From positions 384,001 to 448,000 of the forward strand of contig OZ241362.1 of the NCBI GenBank assembly GCA_965200315.1: a stretch of DNA of 64,000 nt, in the 5' to 3' direction. The notes below the pieces were generated by a model. That model saw only the letters and a program-made list of their open reading frames with translations, had not been told where the DNA came from and searched no databases. How positions within the stretch are numbered: position 1 is the first letter of the stretch; every line of letters starts with the position of its first letter. Position numbers and translations under genes: made by a program. This DNA is from Candidatus Latescibacterota bacterium. Lineage in GTDB: Bacteria > Latescibacterota > UBA2968 > UBA8231. Below, in pieces: positions 47,736 through 55,755 of the stretch.

Positions 47736-49115
47736 CTACTCAGCCCTTTGGTCTGCCTCATCTTCTCCGCTCGCAGCGGGCGCGGCGAGCACTTCTTCAC
47801 TTTCTTGCTCAGCCGCTTCTTCCTCCTCAGCGGCGATCCATGCTTCAACATCGACCTCACCGTGTTCGGCAAGGAACGCGGCGGCGGCGGCCTTTACTCC
47901 TTGGGCGGTTTCGGCTAGTTCTAGGCCCGGCACGGTCTGTAATAGCCCTGTATCGGCCTCGGAGATCGCGGTGATGGAGTCGAAACCGGACGTGGTCAAA
48001 CTCAGGGCGATCAACTCACTAATGCCATCTATCTGGCGGAATACTTGCTGGTATTTCTCCTGCTTGGCGCGGCGCTCCTGGTATTGCTCGTCGGTGATGA
48101 TATCTAGCCCCCAACCCGTCAGTTGACTGGCGAGTTTGGTGTTTTGTCCGCCCTTGCCAATGGCCAGCTTTAGCGGATCTCCTTCTTCGACGATCACCAC
48201 CGCGTGCCGACGGCGCGAATCCGTGATGCAGCGCACTACGGAAGCCGGGCTTAGGGCGCGGCTTATGAATATATCCGGCTCGTCGATCCAAGGAACAATA
48301 TCTATGCGCTCGCCACTCAATTCTCGGACGATGGCTTGCACCCGCGATCCCTTCACCCCCACACAGGCCCCAACCGGATCGACGCGTTCGTCTCTGCTGC
48401 TAACCGCGATCTTGGCTCGCTCGCCCGGCTCGCGGACCGCGCCGTGAATCTCGACGATGCCCTCGGCTATTTCCGGCACTTCTGTGGCAAAGAGCTTCCT
48501 GAGAAATTCGGGCCGCGTGCGAGAAAGCAAGACCTGAGGCCCCCGGCTCGACTTGAGCACCTCGTATATATAGCCCCGCACGGCATCGCCTTGGCGGTAG
48601 CGCTCGCGGGGGATTTGCTCTTTTTTGGGCACGGCGGCCTCGGCCCGACCGAGGTTGAGAATGATGTCGCCGTGGCTGATCTGTTGCACAGTACCGGATT
48701 CGACGAGTCCGACCCGACCGATAAATTCGTCGTATATTCGCTCGCGCTCGGCTTCGCGGACCCGCTGAATGAGAATCTGCTTTGCGGTCTGTATGGCGTT
48801 GCGGCCAAAGTCAGCGAAATTGAGCTGCTGTACCAGCACGGAACCTAGTTGGGCATGAGGGTCGATGTTGCGGGCGTCGGCGAGGAGAATCTCCATGGAT
48901 GGCTCGACCACTTCTTCGACGACGGTCTTGCGGGCGTACACGGCCATCTTGCCTTGGGCCGCGTCGATGTCAACTTCGTAATTTTCGGTATTGCCGTAGT
49001 GCCTTTTGGCAGCGGAAATAAGGGCGTCGGCGAGGGTTTGTACCACCAATTCCCGATCGACGTTTTTTTCGCGGGCAATCTGCCCCAAGGCTTCGACAAT
49101 GTTCGCGTTGTTCAT
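47736..49115 (-). CDS. nusA: Transcription factor NusA
   Basis: FGRNAIQTAKQ, EVPEI, DPVGACVG..GSRV, AIGKGGQN. Confidence 0.97.
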   Translation of the reverse strand: MNNANIVEALGQIAREKNVDRELVVQTLADALISAAKRHYGNTENYEVDIDAAQGKMAVYARKTVVEEVVEPSMEILLADARNIDPHAQLGSVLVQQLNFADFGRNAIQTAKQILIQRVREAERERIYDEFIGRVGLVESGTVQQISHGDIILNLGRAEAAVPKKEQIPRERYRQGDAVRGYIYEVLKSSRGPQVLLSRTRPEFLRKLFATEVPEIAEGIVEIHGAVREPGERAKIAVSSRDERVDPVGACVGVKGSRVQAIVRELSGERIDIVPWIDEPDIFISRALSPASVVRCITDSRRRHAVVIVEEGDPLKLAIGKGGQNTKLASQLTGWGLDIITDEQYQERRAKQEKYQQVFRQIDGISELIALSLTTSGFDSITAISEADTGLLQTVPGLELAETAQGVKAAAAAFLAEHGEVDVEAWIAAEEEEAAEQESEEVLAAPAASGEDEADQRAE

Positions 49116-49138
49116 GTTTTTTGCTCGACCTTCACTAC

Positions 49139-49591
49139 TTACAATTCTGGTTCAATGTTGGCTTTAGCAATGTCGGCGCGTGCCACGACCTCGGCTGGGC
49201 TGGCGAGCTGAATCTGGTCGGCTTCCCAAGTGACCAGCCGACCTTTGACCGCTCGGCCGGACGTGAGCACGACTTTTAGCAACCGGCCCTCGGCGCGGGT
49301 AAAATCCCCATCGGTCTCTAAGGGCCGGTCCAAGCCGGGCGAGGTAACTTCAAGCCGATACCGTCCGGCAATGGGATCTTCTATGTCGAAAATATCGGCC
49401 ACTTCGCGACTGATTGACTCGCAGGTGGCCAAGGTTATACCGCAATTTTTGTGAACCAATAATCTGACTAGTTGATTACCTTGGACGCCGCTGAGTTCAA
49501 TATCGACGAGTTCGGCCTCGTGCTCGCGGACAATGGGGTTGACAAGGGCTACTAGATCGGCCTTTGATGCGAATTGATCTACAGCGGAAAT
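49139..49591 (-). CDS. rimP: Ribosome maturation factor RimP (start uncertain, possibly ATT at 49591)
   Basis: GITLATCESISR, YRLEVTSPGLDRPL. Confidence 0.9.
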   Translation of the reverse strand: MSAVDQFASKADLVALVNPIVREHEAELVDIELSGVQGNQLVRLLVHKNCGITLATCESISREVADIFDIEDPIAGRYRLEVTSPGLDRPLETDGDFTRAEGRLLKVVLTSGRAVKGRLVTWEADQIQLASPAEVVARADIAKANIEPEL

Positions 49592-49609
49592 ACGCGCTTT
49601 CCCTTTAAC

Positions 49610-49633
49610 AAAAAAGCGGGCTATAATGCCCGC
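49610..49633 (-). promoter_or_regulatory. rimP-leader-type GGGC/GCCC hairpin terminator
   Basis: Minus strand reads GCGGGC-ATTATA-GCCCGC-TTTTTT directly upstream of rimP-nusA-infB. Confidence 0.7.
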
Positions 49634-49711
49634 GCCAATTTGAAGATTATAAAATATGGGATTGTATTGATTTAGGCAAGACGACTTAACAGCCTTGGTC
49701 AAAGGCCAACG

Positions 49712-50135
49712 CTAGAGGAGACGCAGAATCGCACGCAGTTCTTTTTTAGTCTCTTCGATCATTCTGAATGCAGCCTCCCGGACTTGTGCAGATTTGGGGT
49801 CTGGCTGCTTCACTATTGAATCAGGATTGCTCTGTTGTTCAGCGAGCAAAGCAGATGCTTGCTCGCCAACCTGACGCAGGAGTTGGGGGTCGTCTTTGAG
49901 TTTCTTCTTTACGCCTTGCGTCGTATAGTGCTCCTCGTAGAGGAGGCGTTTGAGCAATAGGATGATTCCTATATCGCGCACTCTATAGGCCCTGTTTTTG
50001 CCACCGTACGCGCGACGCGGCCGCAAACAGGAGAACTCCTTTTCCCACGCCCTGAGCGTATAGGGTTGCAGCTGTGTGAGTTCTGCAACTTCGCTGATGC
50101 TGTAATACAGCTTGTTTTGCAATGGATTTTTCACG
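49712..50135 (-). CDS. MerR-family HTH regulator
   Basis: KLYYSISEVA...YTLRAWEKEF..LRP...NRAY. Confidence 0.88.
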
Positions 50136-51486
50136 ATCGCACTTCCCTGTATCCTGTGCGTTGACGCCAAGTGATGCGCAAGGGCGTTCCCTCGAAATCA
50201 AACTCCGACCTCAGTCGGTTTTCAATGTGACGTCGGTAATTTCCCGGCACGGAGCGGGGCAGATTCGTAAAGATCGTAAACGCTGGCGGGTTAATCGCGT
50301 GCTGAGTGGCGTAGAGCAAGCGAATGTCGCGGCCCTCTTGAGTCGCTAGGTACTCGCCGGATAGCTGCTGAATAATTTTGTTCAGGTGCGCGGTGGAAAT
50401 CCGCGTACGGCGCTTGTTGCCCACCGCGGCCACTACTTCGAGACACTTGTGAACCCGCCGCCCGGTCAAACCCGATATGCACAGCACTGGATAGTCGCGC
50501 AAAAAGGGATAGCGGTCGCGCAACTCGCCGCGGTACTCATCCGCAGCGCCCTCGGAGACTAAATCCCATTTATTGATCGCCACCACCAAGCCGCAGCCAG
50601 ATTTTATCACTTGCTCCATGATGCGAGCATCCTGCATGACCCACCCCTCGGCCCCGTCTATGAGCACAACCGCCACATCGGCTTGGTCGATGCTATTGGC
50701 CGCCCGGCGCGTACTGTAGAATTCCACTGGATCATCGACCTTAGATCGCCGCCGCAAACCGGCCGTATCCACGAACTGCAGGTGGCTGCCCTGCCAAGTC
50801 AAGCGCAGTTGCGTTGGGTCGCGGGTCGTACCGGGCTGGTCGTGGACGATGGAAACCTGATAGCCGGCGAGGCGGTTGATCAGGGTGGATTTGCCCACGT
50901 TGGGACGCCCGACCAAAGCAACTCGAACAGCTTCTTCGTCCCATTCTGGCCCATAAGCCCCGGCCTCGTCGAAGAGTGCAATGAGCGCGTCGAGCAAGGC
51001 ACCAGAACGCCGCCCGGTAACGGCTGAAATCGGCAGGGGCTCCCCCAAGCCGAGCCGGTAGAACTCGTCGAGCGGCGCGACCGGCCCTACTTTATCGACC
51101 TTGTTGACGGCCAGCAAGCACTTCCCTCCCCCACTGCGCAGCATGGCTCCCATTTCTTGGTCGAGATCGGTCAAACCCGTAGTCCCGTCGCAGAGAAAAA
51201 TCGCTATATCCGCTTCTGCCAATGCCTTTGCCGCTTGGGAGCGCACGGCCGCGGATAGCGCGTCTTTGGCACTGGGCATATAGCCCCCGGTATCGACCAA
51301 CGTGAAGGACCGCCCTGACCACTCGGCCGCGGCGAAGATTCGATCGCGCGTGACCCCGGGCTGGCCGTCGGTTATGGCCCACCGGGTTCCCAAGATACGG
51401 TTGAAGAGGGTCGATTTGCCCACGTTGGGCCGACCGACAATGGCCACGATGGGCCGGCGATGGTTTTCGACGGTTCGGGTGCTCAT
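50131..51486 (-). CDS. der: Ribosome biogenesis GTPase Der (EngA)
   Basis: Two GRPNVGKST P-loops, GVTRDR, DTAGLRR, FEGTPL. Confidence 0.97.
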   Translation of the reverse strand: MSTRTVENHRRPIVAIVGRPNVGKSTLFNRILGTRWAITDGQPGVTRDRIFAAAEWSGRSFTLVDTGGYMPSAKDALSAAVRSQAAKALAEADIAIFLCDGTTGLTDLDQEMGAMLRSGGGKCLLAVNKVDKVGPVAPLDEFYRLGLGEPLPISAVTGRRSGALLDALIALFDEAGAYGPEWDEEAVRVALVGRPNVGKSTLINRLAGYQVSIVHDQPGTTRDPTQLRLTWQGSHLQFVDTAGLRRRSKVDDPVEFYSTRRAANSIDQADVAVVLIDGAEGWVMQDARIMEQVIKSGCGLVVAINKWDLVSEGAADEYRGELRDRYPFLRDYPVLCISGLTGRRVHKCLEVVAAVGNKRRTRISTAHLNKIIQQLSGEYLATQEGRDIRLLYATQHAINPPAFTIFTNLPRSVPGNYRRHIENRLRSEFDFEGTPLRITWRQRTGYREVRS

Positions 51487-52841
51487 TTTTCACGCCCTAT
51501 GTAGTAACCCAACTCGGTTAGCTGCCGTCCCTCTCCTTGTACTCTCACGCTCTGCTCAGTCCAAAGGCGCTCGAGTGATTCGACCAAGTCGTACCCCCCT
51601 ACCGCAAGGGGGACGCCAGTCTCTTCCGCCAGTTGCGGCACGGTCATGTCGTCCAGTGTCAAACCCTCACCATTGACGCAATTGGGCGGCAGCAAGACCA
51701 AATCCCGCTCGATTCCGTCGCGCACTCTCGCCGCCATATCGCGTCCGGTCAGCAGGCCCGACACCGTGATACCGCGGCCGAAAAAGTCGTTATCTACCGG
51801 CAGGAGATCGATCTGTACGTTCTCGATGGCATTCAGCCTAGCCACTAGCGGCACGAGGATTCGCTCGGCCAAGCGCCCAGTCAGCAGGCCAATCCGCATG
51901 GCCTCGGTCGTGCGCGTCGGCAACCGCTTGCTGGCCTCGTCCCAAGTGCCGAGGAAGGAACGAACCATGCCGATGCCGTTTTCTAGCTGGGGAAACGCAT
52001 CGTAATACGACGCCTCTGGCACGGGCCGACCCGTCAGCAGAAAGAGCTCGTCGGCCGCATAGACGAACCGCTCGCCAAAGCGCGCTTTGAATTGCGAGCC
52101 CCACGCTTCGGCGGCGGCCGCGTACTCAGCGGCCTTGGCCGGGGTCACTGGGTCGAGCTGGACGAGCTGGCGCCGATGATCGGTCAGCCCCACGGGCACT
52201 AGTGCCACCGAACGAACCGCGGGATAGTACGCAGACAAATCGTCCACTGTGCGCTCTAGATGCGGTCCATCATTCCATCTTGGGCACAGCACGACTTGGG
52301 TGTGCATTTCAATGCCGTTGGCGGCCAGTTTGCGCAAGCGCTCGTTGATATCGACGGTCGCTTTTGTGCGCCCGAGCATGATTTGCCTCAGTTCGGGGTC
52401 GGTCGCGTGGACGGAGATGTATTGCGGCGTTAGCCCCTGTTCAATGATGCGGTCGATATCGCTTTCGCGGACATTGGTCAGGGTCACGTACGAGCCATGG
52501 AGAAAGGAGAGCCGAAAATCGTCGTCTTCAAAATACAGGCTGCGCCGCATGCCCTTGGGCATTTGATGGATAAAGCAGAAGACGCATTGGTTGTTGCAAC
52601 TGCGCAAGCGCATATCCTCGAAGACCAGCCCTAAGGACTCGCCGCTCTGGCGCACAATTTCGGCCTCGTACCGTTCTTTGTCGCGCTCGATTTCTACGCA
52701 GATTACCTCTTCGGCGCTGTTGACCTGCACATCGATCAAATCGCGCACTTCTTCGCCATTAATGCGCAAAATGCGATCGCCGATGCAAAATCCCGCGCGC
52801 GCACCGAGGCTATCGGGTTCAATTTGTTTTATGACAACCAT
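51483..52841 (-). CDS. PDZ + DUF512 radical-SAM-like Fe-S protein
   Basis: CNNQCVFCFIHQMP, DDDFRLSFL.GSY.TLTN, PQLENGIG. Confidence 0.9.
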   Translation of the reverse strand: MVVIKQIEPDSLGARAGFCIGDRILRINGEEVRDLIDVQVNSAEEVICVEIERDKERYEAEIVRQSGESLGLVFEDMRLRSCNNQCVFCFIHQMPKGMRRSLYFEDDDFRLSFLHGSYVTLTNVRESDIDRIIEQGLTPQYISVHATDPELRQIMLGRTKATVDINERLRKLAANGIEMHTQVVLCPRWNDGPHLERTVDDLSAYYPAVRSVALVPVGLTDHRRQLVQLDPVTPAKAAEYAAAAEAWGSQFKARFGERFVYAADELFLLTGRPVPEASYYDAFPQLENGIGMVRSFLGTWDEASKRLPTRTTEAMRIGLLTGRLAERILVPLVARLNAIENVQIDLLPVDNDFFGRGITVSGLLTGRDMAARVRDGIERDLVLLPPNCVNGEGLTLDDMTVPQLAEETGVPLAVGGYDLVESLERLWTEQSVRVQGEGRQLTELGYYIGREK

Positions 52842-52938
52842 AGTGAATCAAGCAATTAATCTACGTATCGTAGTGTGGGGCAAGACGTTTTATCGGTAAA
52901 GTATATGGATATTGCGCCGACGGCAATACCTTAAAAAT

Positions 52939-52972
52939 AAAAAATCCGCCCGACCCAGTGGGTTAGGCGGAT
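52939..52972 (-). terminator. Terminator after tRNA-Gly
   Basis: ATCCGCC...GGCGGAT followed by TTTTT on the minus strand. Confidence 0.7.
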
Positions 52973-52975
52973 AGA

Positions 52976-53050
52976 TGGAGCGGGAGACGGGAATCGAACC
53001 CGCGACATCAAGCTTGGGAAGCTTGCGTTCTACCCCTGAACTACTCCCGC
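52976..53050 (-). tRNA. tRNA-Gly(CCC)
   Basis: GCGGGAG acceptor stem; anticodon arm CAAGC-TTCCCAA-GCTTG; GGTTCGATTCC; CCA. Confidence 0.95.
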
Positions 53051-53090
53051 TAATTTTTGTGCATAAGGTACGTCGAGGCCCCAACCGCTG

Positions 53091-54041
53091 TCAACTCGCC
53101 CCACTATCCCATCGATGCTCCCACTCGCCGACGATGCGCTCGACGACGCCCGCCTTTCCCCATACGTCGAGGTCCAACTCGCGCAGGCGGCGGTCGCGGC
53201 GGCACCACGTTGTTTGCCGTTTGGCCAAATGTCGGGTGCGCTGTTTGGTCTGTTCGATGGCTTCCTGCCAAGGGCAATGCCCGGCCAGTGCGCTGCACAT
53301 TTCGAGATAGCCCAAAGTCCCCAAGGCGCTGTCGCTTGGATCGTAGCCCATTTCGCACAAGGAGCGGACTTCCTCGACCCATCCCCGCTCGACCATCTGT
53401 TCGACTCGCTGGTCAATTCGCTCGTAGAGCCGGCTGCGCGCCATGGTCAGACTGATCATTTGCGGCTGACTCACAAGGGGCTGTCCCTTGCGCTCCCGCC
53501 AGAGCTTGCTGAGCGTGCCCTTTCCGGCCAGTCCCACCTCCAATGCCCGTAGGATTCGCTGCGCATCACTCGGCGGCAAACGCGCTTGCGCGACCGGATC
53601 GCGACGACCCAATTCCTCGTACAGGGATGCAAGCCCCTCGCCGTGCAGGCGATGTTGCAATTCGGCGCGGATTGGCGCGTATTCAGTTTCATCCTCAAAG
53701 CATCCGTCTAAAGCACTCTGCCAGTACAAACCCGTCCCTCCTACCAAGACGGGCAGGCACCCTCTGTTCCAGATCTGCTCAATGACGCGCCGCGCGGCTC
53801 GGGCATACGCTCCGGCGCTGTAGTTTTCCTCGGGACCAAGTACGTCAAGCAGGTGATGGGGACATTGGTTCTGCTGTTCAGCGGTTGGCTTGGCCGTGCC
53901 AATATCCATGTAGCGGTAGATTTGCCGCGAGTCGGCCGAGATGATTTCCACTTTGGGCAAGTGCCGGGCTACTTCGAGGGCTATTTCTGTTTTGCCGGTG
54001 GCGGTGGGTCCGGTGATTAGGAGGAGAGGTTTGGTTGACAT
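53091..54041 (-). CDS. miaA: tRNA dimethylallyltransferase
   Basis: GPTATGKT, SADSRQIYRYMDIGTAKP, VGGTGLY, AKRQTTW; likely ATG at 54041 (MSTKP). Confidence 0.96.
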   Translation of the reverse strand: MSTKPLLLITGPTATGKTEIALEVARHLPKVEIISADSRQIYRYMDIGTAKPTAEQQNQCPHHLLDVLGPEENYSAGAYARAARRVIEQIWNRGCLPVLVGGTGLYWQSALDGCFEDETEYAPIRAELQHRLHGEGLASLYEELGRRDPVAQARLPPSDAQRILRALEVGLAGKGTLSKLWRERKGQPLVSQPQMISLTMARSRLYERIDQRVEQMVERGWVEEVRSLCEMGYDPSDSALGTLGYLEMCSALAGHCPWQEAIEQTKQRTRHLAKRQTTWCRRDRRLRELDLDVWGKAGVVERIVGEWEHRWDSGAS

Positions 54042-54060
54042 ATTAAAAATTATAGGACTA
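54034..54060 (-). other. dif-like site 6: TAGTCCTATAA-TTTTTA-ATATGTCAAC
   Basis: Starts with the rqcH TAG stop; the probable miaA ATG lies inside the right arm. Confidence 0.8.
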
Positions 54061-55755
54061 TTCAATCAATTCTTTCTTTAACAAGGCCGGCTCTACGATG
54101 ATTGTTTTCTCGCGGCGCAACAACGCCTGACCGGGCGCACCGCCACGCGGTTTGGTGACGTGTTTTACCAAGGTGTACGCCACGGAAACCTTTTTCGCCG
54201 TTTTGCCCTTGCTCCAATACGCAGCTACGGCCGCGGCCTCCGCAATAGTTTGCTTGTTGGGGGCTTCCTTGCGGCCCTCGCTCCGCAGGACGACGTGCGA
54301 GCCGGCGTACCCCCGGGCGTGAAACCACAGATCGTTCTGGGCGGCCATTTTGTGCGTTAGCACGTCGTTTTCTTTGTTGTTGCGCCCGGCCCACACCGAC
54401 CACCCCGTAGAGGTCCTATAGCGCCGAGGATGGGCCTGGGGCTTCTTTCTTGCGGCTTTATCAGCCCTTGTCACCTTGCTCTCCAACCAGTTTTGCAGCG
54501 CATCGTTGGCTTCCCAAGTACCGGCCTCTACCGCGCCAATCCAATGCTCGTATTGATCGCACTGACGCCTGAGCGCGGCCAAACGCTGCGGCAGGACTTG
54601 TTGGCGGCGCTCGTATTTTTGCGCGGCCTTTAGATAGGATGCGGCGTTTTCCGCCAAGCTGCGGTTTACATCCAAATCAATGCGCAGGGTCGAGCCCCCC
54701 TCGGAATCGAAGAGGTCGGCCAGTTCTACTTGCGCGGGCCGACCGGATAGCTGCCCGATGTTGGCCCATAGCGCGTGGCCCTTTCGCTTGTATTCTTCGG
54801 CGTGCGCGGCCTCGTCGAGTTCGGTTTGCATGGCAGCCAAGCGCCGCCGGGCATTTTTCAGGGTTTGGCTCAGCCGCCGGCGAATCTGTTGCTGCGCCTG
54901 CTGGGCCCGGCGCTGGGCCCGCTCCTTTTGGTACGCTGCCCATATCGCTGTGCTGACCGCGGCAAACTGCTCGTAGGCCCCTTGCAAACGGCGCGGCTCA
55001 AGGGAGGAAAAGTGAAATCGACCGGCCTCTTGCCACACGTAGCTATGCCCAGAAGCGGCGCTGGTATAAGCCTCCGTGGCCGTGGTCCACAAGACGGCGG
55101 CCGGCTCGCCTGTGTCAGCAATACTGTTGACAGGAAGCACCCCACCCTGCTGGCTGCGGAAGATCAACTCGCGCACCACCGCCGCGTCCGCTCCGGCCAA
55201 CCAGCGCCGCGCCGCCTTTTCCAAAGAAGCATCCGCCCTCGCCAGCCGATCGCGCCACCTGCTGGGCTCATCCGTGCCGGGCAGCAGGCGGCCCGCGGGC
55301 TCGGGCGGCTGATACGGTGCGCCCACGGACGACTTGTCCTTGGCTGGGCCCCAGTAGCCCAAAATCGAGCCATCGGTTTGACGATGGAGAACAAATCGCA
55401 CCTTGTTGGGAATGAGTTCGCACACCAAGACGCCAAAGCTCACACGGCCTTCGCGGTTCCGGCGCTCTAAACGCAAGCGCAAGATGCGCTCGCGGCACTC
55501 GGCCTCCACGGCCACAATCCGCGCTCGCACCAAGTACTTTTCTGGGCCATCGCTCGCTTGCCAAGTCCGGGGCCAAGCCTCGCTCCGCAGACAGACCAAT
55601 CCCTCCCGGCCACTCGCACCGTACAGCCACTCGCCCTCGGCAATCGCAAAGGCGAGTTCCGTAGGCTGGGCATAGGCCCGCTCGATGACCGTCCCTTGCA
55701 GGCGCACTCGCAGTTCCTCGGCGAGGGCCTGAATGGTGAAGTAATCAAATGCCAT
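54058..55755 (-). CDS. rqcH: NFACT/RqcH (FbpA-like) ribosome quality-control protein
   Basis: ENAASY..A.K, GRNNKEND.LT, DLWFHA...GSHV, AAYWSK. Confidence 0.88.
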   Translation of the reverse strand: MAFDYFTIQALAEELRVRLQGTVIERAYAQPTELAFAIAEGEWLYGASGREGLVCLRSEAWPRTWQASDGPEKYLVRARIVAVEAECRERILRLRLERRNREGRVSFGVLVCELIPNKVRFVLHRQTDGSILGYWGPAKDKSSVGAPYQPPEPAGRLLPGTDEPSRWRDRLARADASLEKAARRWLAGADAAVVRELIFRSQQGGVLPVNSIADTGEPAAVLWTTATEAYTSAASGHSYVWQEAGRFHFSSLEPRRLQGAYEQFAAVSTAIWAAYQKERAQRRAQQAQQQIRRRLSQTLKNARRRLAAMQTELDEAAHAEEYKRKGHALWANIGQLSGRPAQVELADLFDSEGGSTLRIDLDVNRSLAENAASYLKAAQKYERRQQVLPQRLAALRRQCDQYEHWIGAVEAGTWEANDALQNWLESKVTRADKAARKKPQAHPRRYRTSTGWSVWAGRNNKENDVLTHKMAAQNDLWFHARGYAGSHVVLRSEGRKEAPNKQTIAEAAAVAAYWSKGKTAKKVSVAYTLVKHVTKPRGGAPGQALLRREKTIIVEPALLKKELIE

